Positions 51,331 to 64,000 of a stretch of DNA of 64,000 bases are shown piece by piece. Source of the DNA: Isurus oxyrinchus (Eukaryota); the NCBI GenBank assembly GCA_026770705.1, contig JANJGN010000036.1, forward strand, positions 1,488,001 to 1,552,000, given 5' to 3'. The notes beneath the pieces were generated by a model that did not search any database, was not told the origin of the DNA, and was given only the letters and a program-made list of their open reading frames with translations. Every line of letters begins with the position of its first letter. Position 1 is the stretch's first letter. Both the position numbers and the translations under genes were made by a program.

Positions 51331-54300
51331 GGAATAGAGATAATGAAATAGAGGAATCGAGAAAGTGTAAACGAAAATTGGGATTTATGTAATCATGTCA
51401 AAATAGCTTACCTCTCTCCATACCCTTAATTCCAAAATACACAGATGGAATTAAAAAATCAGAAAGCTAAACACTGAAATGATGAGATGCATGAGAGCGT
51501 ATTAAGCAGTGAGAAAATGATACGTGGACAAATATAAATGTAGAGATTTAATATACAAAGAAATATTGCTAAGAAATAGGCCATACATTAAATACACAAG
51601 GCAACTGTTTTCAGCTAACTCTCTGAGATGAGAGACTTTCATTTGGAAGATATACACTGGAGATGATTAGATCGACGCATGTACAGAGAGCGCCGCTGCT
51701 CCAAGTTACTTCCAGAGAATTATACAATACCTGATGCCGTAGGTTCCGTTCGGGTCGATTGTTGTGGGCTCGCTCTGTCCCTAGGGCTCCCTCCCGGAAA
51801 TATTCCAGTGGACCGCAAAGGACTCGGGGCGCACACTCTTCGCCAAACACTCCAAACTAACGATTTACATCGAGAGAATTTCAGCTGGAGGCGGAGTTAA
51901 AAGTTCGAATATTGGAGAACTTGATGGGATCGAGCGGTTTGTTTTGATCGCTTTTGGAGATTGATTATTTAATGTGTAAAGTAATCTTAATTTGTATCTG
52001 TGAAGAGCAATTTTGAGCCATTTCCAAACGTAAAGATCATTCCCCTGATCTTCTTAGCTGCAGAGTAAAACATGCCCGAATCACTGGCCTGGGCATCCAC
52101 AATATTCAGAGAACAGAGAGTAGATTCTCGTAAAATTCTCCAGATTATCAACCGGTTTGAGAGTTGTATTCTGCCACAGTGTAAACTAGTCGCAGATGCG
52201 ACCGGTGGTTATTTCTTTCCAGTCCACCGCTCCCTCCCCAACAGCACCAACCAGGCCGTGTCACAATGAATCCTGTTTTACTCCCAAGTGAGAACAGCCG
52301 GAGTCTGGGACAAAACTGCCTGAGATAAAATAACTGAGAGGTGTCACACCAACACGCTGGGTTCTGCTATGGCAGGCAGAGAGAGAAAATATTTGTTATG
52401 AGGAAACGGCCAGAACAGTGAAATATATAATAGATCATTCACTGGTTATTTTACGCTAATGGGGTCAAACGTTGAGGATTAAATTTGAAACAATAACATG
52501 ACCACGACGGAAAGAGAGGCGCATCAAAGACGAAGGAGTGCGGTCTCTGTTGTCACCTGGGAAAATTGGAAGCTGTGACTGCGCACAGCAAGACACACAA
52601 TTTACAACGTGATTATGAGCCAGGTGGTAACTATAATAATGTTTATGGAGGGTTAATATTGGACACAAGGACACGGGGGAACTCCGGCGCCTGACTGCAC
52701 CCCACTCCCCCCACCACCCCCCCCCCCCCCCCCACCTCCCACCCAATCCATCCGTTCACCCGCTAATAGTGGCCCTGGGAATCTTTGCGTCCCAAAAGTG
52801 GCAAACAAGGGGTCTCGGTTTAAGGTATCATCCGATGGATTCGAGAATGTTGACAAGTGATCGCTTCTGATGTGGTTGACATCATTCAGTGCTTAAACAT
52901 AAAGCTAATATTTTAGAATATCGGTATGGAGAAAATTTTCTACTCGGCTGAACTATCTCACTGGGGTTAAACCATCCTGAATGAGGTGTGAAGAAGGCTC
53001 AAAGGTGTAACCAGATGCAGCAACGCAAAGGACATTAAGAAGTTCTTGGTCTCCGATCCCGGGCCAGTTGCTTTGAGATTTGCACCGGCTCTTCGCTCGG
53101 GTGTCTCTGTTCTCAGCTCCGGCCTCGGAAGACGTGGTGAAAATACATATTTGGCGGAAATGATTTGCAACGTTTAAAAATAGCTCACTGGAAAAATCTG
53201 CGCGATGTAAATTTTAGTTGAGGGTTTCCTGTTTACAGCTTAGGAGATCACACACGGGTCTGCCTGCAAAGGGCAACACCCTACGTATCCTGGAAAACAT
53301 GCGTCACAGGCAGTGCACATTACAGGCTTGGGACAACAGGCAGTTGAGCTGAAATGAACAACATTATTGCTCATGAAATTCAAGTGGACAGAGGGGAAAC
53401 GCCCCTAAATAGGAACGTTCTGGTTAATTCACAGAGACAACATTAATTTATGTGGTTTCAACAAAAAGAAGAACAGGTGCAAAAAAGCTAGAAGATGATG
53501 CTAATATTTTAGGGAATCTGTCATCCCGCCTACCTCTCTGTGTCAGAATTACTCCTGTGGTTTAGCGGAGCTTCGGCCATCTGCCCTGTGGTGTTTCTCG
53601 AAAGGTCGACCCTTCTCCGACCCCTTCTTCATCGCACCCCATCAACGTATCATTCTATTCCTTTCTCACTCCTGATTGCCCAATCAATGAATCCCTCCGA
53701 TTCAGCTCGACCACTCCTTGTCACAACGAGTTGTACATTCTCACCACTGTATGAATAAAGAGATTTCTCCAACATTCCTGATTGCATCTACTGGTGATTA
53801 TCTTATACTGATGGCCCCTATTCTTGTCTCTGCCACAAGTTGGAATATTTTCTTTACGTCTACCGTAGGGAGTACATTCATAATTTTAAAGACATCTATC
53901 AGGTCACCCGCACAGCCTGCAATTTTCAAGAGGAAAGAGCCCGAGCCTGTTCAATCTTTCCTGATAATTTTAACCTCGAAACCGGGGAAAACAGTTTCGT
54001 GCCCCAATGCAAACCATGTAATCTGGTGTAAATTAACGAGCATTTTATGATATCCTGAATCATCCAGGTATCGATAATGGGTGGAAAATCGGTAAATAAG
54101 ATTCACTTGCAGAATGATCCACGACTAAAATCTTATGCAATCTTTTGGGCAACACATTTATAGGATCCTCTATCTGATCTGTCTTGAAGAATAAATAATA
54201 CCAGTGAACACTGTCAGAGAACGGTAATCTGCTAAAATCTACAAATCCCTCATTAACGTTTTTGAATCCGTTATCATATATTTCAAACCATTTTACATTT

Positions 54301-54388
54301 GTCTCTGAAGGACTCGTTAATATTCCTTGTCTCAGAGCAGATTAATGATGCACTTTAACGTTTCTCAAACTTCGATATGAATTGAATA

Positions 54389-56537
54389 TGACCTCATCTC
54401 CTCTGGGGATCTTCCTCCCACAGCTTCCAACCTGATAGTTGGCCAAACTCGGACGGCCCGCTTCTATCTCCTACCCAAAATCCACAAACAGAACTGCCCC
54501 GGTAGACCAATCGTCTCAGCTTGCTCCTGCCCCACGGAACTCATTTCTCGTTATCCTGACTCGCTTCTCTCTCCCCTTGTCCAGTCCCTTCCCACCTACA
54601 TCCGTGATTCCTCTGACACCTTATGTCACATCAACAATTTCCAGTTCCCTAGCCCCAACCGCTTCCTTTTCACAATGGATGTCCAATCCCTCTACACCTC
54701 CATCCCCCGCCAGGATGGTCTGAGGGCCATTAGCTTCTTCCTCGAACAGAGGCCCGAACAATGACCATCCACCACTACTTTCTTCCGTCTGGCAGAACTT
54801 GTTTCACACTGAACAATTTCTCCTTCAACTCCTCTCACTTCCTCCAAATAAAAGGTGTGGCTATGAGTACCCACATGGGCCCCAGCTATGCCTGTCTCTT
54901 TATGAGGTATGTGGAACATTCCTTGTTCCAGTCCTACTCCGGCCCCCTTCCACAACTCTTTGTCTGGTTCATCGATAATTACTTCGGTGCTGCTTCATGA
55001 TCTCATCGGGACTTGGAAAAATTTATTAATTTTGCTTCCAATCTCCACCCCTCCAACATTTTCACGTGGTTCCCTTCCTTGACCTCTCTGTCTCAATCTC
55101 TGGTGATAGACTATCCACCAATGTCCATTACAAACCCACAGACTCCCACAGCTACCTCGACTACAGCTCCTCACACCCCGCTTCCTGTAAGGACTGCATC
55201 CCATTCTCTCAGTTCCTTCACCTCCGTCGCATCTGTTCCAATGATGCTACCTTCAAAAACAGTTCCTCTGACATGTCCTCCTTCTTCCTTAACCGAGGTT
55301 TTCCATCCATGGTCGTTGACAGGGCACTCAACCGTGTCCAGCCCATCTCCCGCGCATCCACCCTCACGCCTTCTCCTCCCTCCCAGAAACATTATAGGTT
55401 CCCCCTTGTCCTCACTTATCACCCCACCAGCCTCCGCATTCAAAGCATCATCCTCCGCTATTTCCACCAACTCCAGCATGATGCCACCACCAAACACATC
55501 TTCCCTTCACCCCCCCCCCCATCGGCATTCCGTAGGGATCGCTCCCTCCGGGACACCCTGGTCCATTCCTCCATTACCCCCTACTCCTCAACCCCCTCCT
55601 ATGGTACCACCCCATGCGCATGCAAAAGATGCAACACCTGCCGCTTCACTTCCTCTCTCCTCACCGTCCAAGGGCCCAAAAAGTCCTTTCAAGTGAAGCA
55701 GCATTTCACTTGCATTTCCCGCAAATTAGTCTACTGCATTCATTGCTCTCAATGTGGTCTCCTCTACATTGGAGAGACCAAACGTAAATTGGGTGACCGC
55801 TTTGCAGAGCACCTGTGGTCTGTCCGCAAGAATGACCCAAAACTCCCTGTCGCTTGCCATTTTAACACTCCACCCTGCTCTCTTGCCCACATGTCTGTCC
55901 TTGGCTTGCTGCATTGTTCCAATGAAGCCCAACACAAACTGGAGAAACACCACCTCATCTACTGACCAGGCACTTTGCAGCCTTCCGGACTGAATATTGA
56001 ATTCAACAACTTTAGGTCTTGAGCTCCCTCCTCCATCTCCATCCGCTTTCTGTTTCCCCCTTCCTTTTGTTCTTTTCCAATAAATTATATAGATTTTTCT
56101 TTTCCCACCTATTTCCATTATTTTTAAATATTTTTAAATCTTTTATACTCTCCCTACCCCCACTAGAGCTATACATTGAGGGCCCCACCATCCATTCTTA
56201 ATTAGCACACTCGTTTAGATAATATCACCAACTTTAACACCTTTTGTTCTATTGTTGGTGACATCTTTTGATGATCTGCTTCTATTACTGCTTGTTTGTC
56301 CCTACAACCACACCAACCCCATCCACTTGTCTCTCTCTCTCTCTCCACGCACCCCCCCTCCCCCCCCGCCCCACACACACACACACACACCTTAAACAGG
56401 CTTATATTTCAACTCTTTCTTGGACTCGAATTCAGGTTGTGTCAAAGGGTCATGAGAACTCGAAATTCAACTCTTTTCTTCTCCGCCGATGCTGCCAGAC
56501 TTGCTGAGTTTTTCCAGGTAATTCTGTTTTTCTTTTG
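54389..56537 (+). mobile_element. Penelope-like retroelement (RT + GIY-YIG), 5'-truncated and disrupted
   Basis: RFYLLPKIHKQNCPGRPIVS, TMDVQSLYTSIP, KGVAMSTHMGPSYACLFM, PFLDL..YKPTDSHSYLDYSSSHP and LVYCIHCSQCGLLYIGETKR. GATATGAATTG flanks both sides (54374-54384, 56538-56548). Confidence 0.93.
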
Positions 56538-56974
56538 GATATGAATTGGTTCATTAAGTTCATCAACCAGGTTCTCCGGTGGGAGCAGAGTGAGCGTCTG
56601 ATGAAGCTTCTCCGTTCCTGCCCTCTACCCTTTTTTAGAGCTGAGGAGCTGTGGTTTGGAAGCAGCGTGAGCAGAGCCTCCTTGCAGTGACTCGCCAGGT
56701 AGATTTGCATGGTAAAATTAGGATGTCAACCTATTCAATCAATTCCACCCACTACACGACCCACACCTAAATCACGTGCTCTCGGTGCCTCATCAATTTT
56801 CAGCGCTGTTGGGGAGGCAGTTCCAGGATTTTTACCGAGTTACTGTTGAAGAACGGTGATATATTTCCAAGTGCGTATCGTGAATGGCTTGGAGGGGAAC
56901 TCCCCGGTCGTGGTGTTCCCATCTGTCTGCTGCCCTTTATTATATTGGTGGACAGCAACACTTGGATCCACAAC

Positions 56975-57130
56975 ACAAACAAAGATAGTTGGAAAAACTC
57001 AACAGGCCAGACAGCATCTGTGGAGAAGAAGATTCTGATGAAGAGTCAGGCGGACTCGAAATGTTAACTCCGTCTGCTTCTCCACAGCTGCTGTCAGACC
57101 TGCTGAGTTTGTCCAGCTATTTTTGTTTTT
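56975..57130. mobile_element. Short palindromic non-autonomous element related to the Penelope-like 3' terminus
   Basis: Left arm AAAGATAGTTGGAAAAACTCAACAGGCCAGACAGCATCTGTGGAGAAG is an imperfect reverse complement of right arm CTTCTCCACAGCTGCTGTCAGACCTGCTGAGTTTGTCCAGCTATTTTTG; it resembles 56470-56530. Confidence 0.7.
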
Positions 57131-57151
57131 GGCACAGATCCACACCAGCTC

Positions 57152-58056
57152 TTAGTTATTTTGTTTATTAATGGATTGAATAATTAATATAACCGGATAT
57201 TTCAGCATGCTCTTTAACTGCTGCCTAAACTTAGAATGAGTCGCCCCATAAATAATGATTGCATGCAGCAAATTAAATCCACCAGCATGTATCCAACTTT
57301 TCAAAGCTTATATAAAGACCCTACAGAATTATTGGGATCAGACCCTGTAATGACATGATATAAAAATCAACGATTCTGTCTGTCAACCACAGAAGTAAGA
57401 AACTGCCAGGTATGGTGAAGAGTAAAATCACAGACTTCCTTCTGCTCTCCTTCTCTGCGTCACTGGGAGAATTTCCCTTCCTCTGGCCTCTCAGTCCCTT
57501 ACAACTCGACAGGCAACAAAAACATATCTGGCAGTCAGAACGTTAAAAAGCAGAATTAAAACAAATTGGAACAATGGGGTTAAAAACATATCAAACAAGT
57601 CAAACCAACCCACCGGGGCTCAGTGAAATAACTTGTCTTCATCATACAAAAGAACAGCACTTTCTCGATTGTCTTTCCAGCTTCATATGTAAATTAGGCA
57701 GGAACATTTTTAAAAAAAGAATAGAATGCTGGTTGTTGCTCGAATTGCAACTGCGGTTTTATCGCAATATTTCAGTTTCACATGGCTGCAACAGATATCC
57801 ACATATCTATCAAAGGAGAAAGTGACGGTGAATCAAACAGAACATTCTCTTGCTGCACCAATCAGGACAGCGCGAATAACATACACAGTGGTGATGTTCA
57901 GGAAGCTCATGGGGGATTACTAAAAATGATCTGAAAGAGTAGGATCTCGGTGATAATGACCAGTAGATCGGCCGTTGCCATGGCCACAAGGTAGCACGTG
58001 GTGCAGACGGAGGCCACGCTTTCTGCTGGACAGGGTCATAATCGCTACTAAATTAA
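57152..58056 (-). pseudogene. GPR139-like GPCR exon 2 (TM1-TM7 and tail), multiply disrupted
   Basis: Acceptor (T)9ACAG, then (V)NLVAIMTLSSRKRGL/CTTCYLVAMATADLLVIITEIL...SV*FTVTFSFDRYVDICC...LTPLFQFVLILLFNVLTARYV...ESRRKSVILLFTIPGSFLLLW...IYGATHSKFRQQLKSMLKYPVILIIQSINKQNN*. DRY motif intact; several frameshifts and stops. Confidence 0.88.
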
Positions 58057-59659
58057 CTGTAAAAAAAAACAAGGGGAAAACACTGCACATTATTGATGAA
58101 ACATTCTGCGAGAACCAGGCAGTAAACATGGTGGCCTGGTCAGATGGCTGGGAGTCTCAAAAACATCTTGAAATCTCCTTCAGCCTGCTCATTTCAATGT
58201 TTCGCAGAGTAGGGAGAGGGGACAAGTAGCAGGCTGCATGCAGGAAGCATTATGGCATATACATTATTTTAATAAGGCTGGCAAATTCTATTGTAACCCA
58301 GTTTACGATTTTTCATTGGCCAATTATGATTTCCACACCTCAGATTTGCAGGAGTGGAAAAGAGCTGAGGATAGCTATGGACAAATGGCGTGTATTTTCA
58401 TCACTTATTATTGATCAGCAGGAGCAAAAGTGATTCCAGCCCCACTCGGGTCCACTAAACGCAGTCAGACATCAACATGAAAATTATCTCAAAGATCTCT
58501 GCACAATAGGATTCAGTCATGAGTACCTGTTTTCATTACCAGGCATTGTACACACCCCCTGGATCCAAGATTGGACCTCATTGCCGATAAAGCCTGTTAC
58601 GAAGTCCTCCTCACTTTACTGGAGCACCGAACCAGGAAGTGCCAACCGTGAAGTCGTACTTCATCTAGGATTGTCTATATGGCATTATAAAGTCAGTCTT
58701 AACTAACACTGTAGTTCTGCCTGACCATACGTGTGAACGTTTATTTGACAATATTGCAGTTGCTTCATTCTGTGTTTCAAGCGTGCTGTAATTGTCCTGG
58801 GGTATTCCAGGAGGCAGTGTACAGGGAGCTGAATTCTATATCTAACAAGTGCGGTACCGAGCATATTGATCTTCTATGGGGCATTGTCCACGGAAATTTA
58901 TTCTGTAACTAAGCTCTACTGTACCTACTCTCGAGTGCTTAATGGGGCAGTGCAGACGGGTCATCGCTCTGCATCTAACCCTGTGCGGTACATGTCCTAG
59001 AAGTTTGTCTTTGTTCTGTTAATGATTTGCACAATATCATTAGGGATAGATGCTGCTTGTGGATGAAGTGGGCCACTTAGCAGGAAGAGCGCTATCGAAA
59101 CGAAACATCAAGGTAGTAAACACTGGATCACGTTTGTGGCAAATGGGATAACAGCAGACAACATTTCGGAGGCAGCAGTCAGTGGTCCGTGTATGGATTC
59201 GGGGAAAGGGCAGGACGCTGAGTTCCGGGATGAGCAGGGCATTTCGTAACTTGACCCGTGATGGGAGTGGAAAGGCTGTCCGAAGCAATTCGGGGGCTTT
59301 CTGGACTGAAATAGACAGTTTCGCGTTAGTTAGCGTACTTATCGCTTAAATATTGACCCAGCGTCAGTGTTGAACATGCAATTTGAGAACAAGGCGAAAA
59401 CGTGGGATCACTGGACAAGGTAAGATTTGTGGCTGGTATATTTGCTGTAACTCGTCACTCGCTTTATTATGTTCCCTGACATGGTGGAATCCATACATTA
59501 AAAATCATCAAGGGGGCCAAGGACATGACCCAACCCGAGAAGATTCTTGGGCCTCCCCTGAGGAAGTAGTTGGAGCACATGTGCACACACCATACACAGG
59601 CAGTGTAATTGTAGGGGAATGGCGAGGGATACCTAACATTGCCCACAGTTGGCAGTTCC

Positions 59660-62600
59660 ATAGCTAAGGATCCTATTAAAAGACTGAATGAGGAAACACA
59701 GAACAGTGTGGCAGCTCCCTCTGCTCGGGCATCGGACTGGACTGCGAGCAGAATGAAAGCTATATGGCGAAGGGAAGTAGAAATTTTCTTGAAATGGGCA
59801 TTTGGAAGCACAGAAACTGGCAGCGTTGCAAGTATTGCTCCTTTAATCCGGGAGCACATAGGCCAGCTTTGCATTTTGTTCCCAAACTTCTGTCGGGTAG
59901 CTCTTCGTTTTTTTCTACAATATTAGGATGCTTCAGTCGATAGATGGATAGATTGGCTAGAAAGATAGATACATAAAGAGAGAGAAAGAGAGAGAGGCTA
60001 GATAGATCTATAGGCAGACTGACAGCGACATGGATAGATCGATAGGTAGATAGATAGATAGATATATAGATGGATAGATAGATATATGGATAGATAGATT
60101 GATTGACTTATTATTTGATAGAGCGGTGGATTGATACATTGATTGATCGATAGACATATAGAAAGATAGATAGGTGGATAGAGAGATAGATAAATAGGTA
60201 GATAGATAGACAGAAAGAGAGCTATATATATATATATAATGGAGAGAGCTAGACAAGATAGATAGATAGGCAGACAGTCAGATAAATAAATAAATACTTG
60301 GATGGGACGTCAGATAGGTGGACAGACGGATAGACAGACAGACAGACACACAAATAGATAGATAATTGGAAGGATAGAGAGATTGAGAAGGGTAAATAGA
60401 TAGATCGATAAGCACAACGACGCCATGGAGTGAACTATAGATGCATAGGCAAATTTATTAAAACAAAATAAGATGATGGAACAATACAACAATGTCCAGC
60501 ATAGTGTACGACACAGACTGAGGCAATGAAGGCCTCTATGTTTCTGCTGACTATTTGATAAATTCATTCAAAGCTTTTCTCATTACCCACCTCTCGATCT
60601 TACATCAATTCCAAACTTATCCCAAAATCTCACCGGTATGCAGCACTGCCAACCCTCAACATGAGGGATAGTGATTTCCTCTTGTCTGTATCTGTGCATA
60701 TATCCGTCTTCCTACACCTCTTTCACACTGGACGCATTATTATTTCACTTAAAAATATTGATAGACGTTTGAAGGCCTGTTAGAAATCCATACACGTTCT
60801 ATCTATTGCTTTCTATTGGCCTGTCCATTCCGACACTTCTTGAAAATTAAACCTCTATTAAATGTGTTCAGCATGACAATACTTTCACAGATCGGTGCAG
60901 GCTGTCCATAATGAACCCATATATTCGGAAATGCTCACTAATTCCATTTATAATAATTAATGCTAAGGGTGTGTCCGCCACACATGAAAGACGAAGTAGT
61001 TTACAGTAATCTGGCGGATTTCCTTCTTTGACTTGGATGAAACGCTATTTGGAGACCATTATGCCAGATAAATTAACTTTTGGGGTTTGGGTTAGGCTTT
61101 GTCCGAGGGTGACGGCTACACACATTGGAATATAAGAGTTTAAGTAAGATAGAGGAACAGAGGGTTCTGAGGTGCAGACACGAATATCATTGAAATTGGT
61201 GCCAGAAGATAATAAGGTCAAAAAGATCACAGGCCCACAGTCTGCACATCCCTACATAAATAAGCATGTAAAGGAAGGAAGGCCTTTATTAAACGGATTT
61301 TAAGACTTAGCCTGACAAAACATAGGGTCCTGTGAATAATGCTGGTATCAATATCATGCAAGATAATACAGAGAACGGGGGAAAGTGAAAAAAAAGGTTC
61401 ATTGTACTGATTCAGAAGTGAGAGGTTGTAACATCGGGAAAGTTTGAACAGGCTGCATTCTTTTCTAAAGAAAATAAATGACTGAGGTATGACCCAAGAG
61501 CTTCAAGATTATTAAAGGATTTTTCAGGCAGGCGTAGTCAAGCTCTTTGCACTTTTTCGTGAGTCCAGAGCTCGAAGCGATCAGTATCAGATAATCGCTC
61601 TTAAATGCAAGCAGAAATTGAAGAGAAATCTCTTAACCCAGAGAGCGGGGAGAATGTCGATCTCGCTCCCGCAGGGAATGGTTGCGGTCACTTGCAGGGA
61701 TGGATTTATGGGTGAAGTTGTATAAGCACATGAGTGAGAATGGACGAATAGAATATGTTGATGGGGTGAAATGAAGAGCGGGCGGGAAAAGATTCGTGTG
61801 GAGCAGCAATACCAGCACCGATGAAAAGGGCCGAATGCACTGTTTCCGTGCTGGAAACTCAATGGAGTAGAGGTGATGACTTAGAGAAATTGGGAGAGAA
61901 ATTGGTAAACAGAAAATTAGGTTTTAATTTTATCATTGACGTTTCAAAATAACATATCTCCCTCCATTGACTTTTACACTAAACACACAGATAGATTTAA
62001 AAATTCAGAAAGCAAAACACTGAAGCGATGAGATATATGAGAATGGAGTAAGGGGTCAGAAATTATACAAAGGTACATGATCAGAGAATAGAGACTCCAT
62101 GTGCCGTTAACTTCCCCCGAAAATACACTTGTTAGATGGTTATATTCTGTCACTGTGTAAACCAGTTGCAGGTGCGCCCGGTTTAGACAAGGGGTCCGCC
62201 CCCGCCCCCGCCCCTCCTCCTCCCCAGCACCGTCATCTAAGCCGTGCCATAGTGCACCATGTAGCTACTTCCAAGCGAGAGAATCTGAACCGCCGGAGAC
62301 CGGGACAAAACTGCCTGAGATGCAATAAGTGAGAGGTACAAAAAACAAGACCCTGGGTTTTTTTATGGCAGGGATAGAGAAAATTATTTCCATGAAGAAG
62401 CGGCTACAACAGTGCGGCAGAGGAAACTGCGCAGAACAACACCCACAAATAAGAATGCGCTTGTGACACAAATTATGCCTTTAATGATGTTGATCGCGGG
62501 ACAAAAATGGGCCCCAGGGACACAAGGGGGCGGGGGAACTCTGCTCCCACCCGCGGCCCCCACCACTACCACCCCCCCCTCCCCCCCCACCGCCGCATAC

Positions 62601-63840
62601 ACATATGCACTCACTGGAAAAAGCAGCGCGTTGCACGTTTTAGCTGAGGGTTTCCTGTTTACAGTTTAGGAGACCACACGCGGCTCTGCTGCAAAGGGCA
62701 ACATGCTAAAGATCATGGTAAACACGCGTCACAGAAGGAGCGCAGCCCAGACTGGGTCAAACTGAGGTCAAAAGGCAGTGGTTCTAAATTCAACAACTTT
62801 GCTCTTTATGATATTAGCCTGAAGGCAGGAAAAGTCTCCTAAATAGCATTGTTATTTTTAATTAATCGAGAACAGATTAATTTATTCTGGTCTCAACAGG
62901 AACACAACAGATTGAAGAAACGTGGAATCAGATGCTAATATTTTAGTAACTGTTGGTGTGGCTGTGTGAGTGCGGCGACCCTCTCTGGATCCCGGTTGCG
63001 ACTGAACAGCCCCATCATTTCGTACTCTTCTGTTTGATTTTCCTTCTCTTCATGAGTCATAAAACCCATTGGAAATGCAGGTATACAAAGAGGGTTTTAG
63101 GCCTGCTGCCTCCTATAAAATATGGAACTAGATGCCAGTTTGCACTTTTCAATCCACAAATAGGAAAAATTATGAATGAAAGTGCGAACTAAACGTATAG
63201 CGTATTCTTAACACACCCAAACAAACATGTAACTTGCTTAAAATATCTGTTTCCTAACTTCAGCCATCATCCGATTGAATTCCAGATCCAACACAAGAGA
63301 GGAACTGAACGGCCTTCTCCTTCTCCAATGTGCCTGTCGGATTAGCCATTCAGGGTATTAGGAGGACTGATGTCTGATGGTCGATGAAGCACCGAGTGAT
63401 CAGCTCACAGAATGGTTCGCTGGGTGGGGTCAATGGTGAAGCGGTTGCGAACCCTCTGATTTTTATTCCTTTAAGAAACAGTTGTTTTCCTGCATGTTGG
63501 GGAGGACAGAACCTTGCCCGATATATGAACTGTGCTTAGCAAATAGACGTTTTCCACCTGCATCTTGTAATATTTGTCCCGAAATACTCTCGAAATACCT
63601 GTACATAATGTCTCTTTACTTTAGAATTAGCGATTAGGGAGTGTTTCGATCTGTTCAGGACAAGTATCACAAGGGGATCTGCGGATCAGAGTTTACTCGC
63701 CAAGAAAACTGTCCAGTAATCAGCACACGAAGGGATTCCAGGGCAACTTTTTAAATATTTACGATATTAAAGTTGTTATGGAAATGTATCACATCATCTC
63801 ACAGAAACATCATCTCAAACTTACGTTAGCGTTTGACTGA
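59660..63840 (+). pseudogene. Decayed IgSF receptor gene C (paralog of B)
   Basis: C1-like C-SGI-GL-TASRMKAI-W at 59722-59767 (1-nt frameshift). TM-exon end GYILSLCKPVAGAP|GT at 62180. Exons 62276-62324 (donor ATAAGT) and 62665-62717 join in frame. Candidate tail exon from 63659 reads RVYSPRKL...NIYDIKV. Confidence 0.4.
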
Positions 63841-63844
63841 TCGC

Positions 63845-64000
63845 ATGGTAAAATCCGGCAAAGTCAGCTTGGTTTCATTTAGGGGAGGTCATGCCTGACA
63901 AATCTGTCAGAATTCTTTGAGCAGATATCTAGTAGGTTAGACAAACGAGAGCCAATGGATGTTATCTTCTTGTCTTCCAGAAGTCCTTTGACAAGGTGCC
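63845..64000 (+). mobile_element. CR1 RT fragment running off the window
   Basis: GKIRQSQLGFI*GRSCLTNLSEFFEQISSRLDKREPMDVI. Confidence 0.8.

Larger units (their letters stand above)
48648..53292 (+). pseudogene. Decayed IgSF receptor gene B (C1-like remnants, TM-position exon, cytoplasmic exons)
   Basis: 48961: VLPFKRIFPSIVTDLSCTRALECVSSCS**KLDFNWS*NG (C..W..NG pattern of C1). 51615-51900: CSKLLPENYTI and WTAKDSG...HSKL. Exon-like blocks at 52058-52204 (phase 1-1), 52289-52329 and 53239-53292 are homologous to gene C. Confidence 0.42.

Noticed and set aside
58520-58600. Candidate minus-strand exon 1 for the GPCR pseudogene (CCTG|GTAATG)
   Set aside because: The upstream translation lacks the YYxxLAxxGVP pattern.
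13277-62157. Isolated heptamers (e.g. 13277, 38932, 52175, 62151)
   Set aside because: No nonamer at 12- or 23-bp spacing and no adjacent coding segment.

Overview
Vertebrate genomic DNA, most likely from a cartilaginous fish (shark), judged from the Ig gene type and repeat families. It is repeat-rich and has two N gaps. (1) 7.15-10.15 kb: an unrearranged cluster-type immunoglobulin light-chain locus (octamer promoter, leader, V with 12-RSS, 23-RSS with J, C) resembling the sigma-cart/type I/NS5 isotype. It is a pseudogene: two stops in V FR1, a broken J heptamer and a J donor mutated to ATAAGT. The C exon is intact. (2) 11-35 kb: a mosaic of local segmental duplications, two ~70-bp satellites, a quasi-palindromic 30-bp minisatellite, and CR1, Penelope-like and SINE insertions. 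(3) 42-64 kb: halves of GPR139-like class A GPCR genes (exon 1 on +, decayed exon 2 on -) interleaved with what appear to be three heavily decayed tandem Ig-superfamily receptor genes. These show C1-like domain remnants, a TM exon, short phase-coherent cytoplasmic exons and a two-tyrosine ITIM-like tail, and are mostly invisible in the ORF track. Most listed ORFs are repeat artefacts. Family assignments come from recalled motifs, not database searches. Repeat boundaries are approximate.
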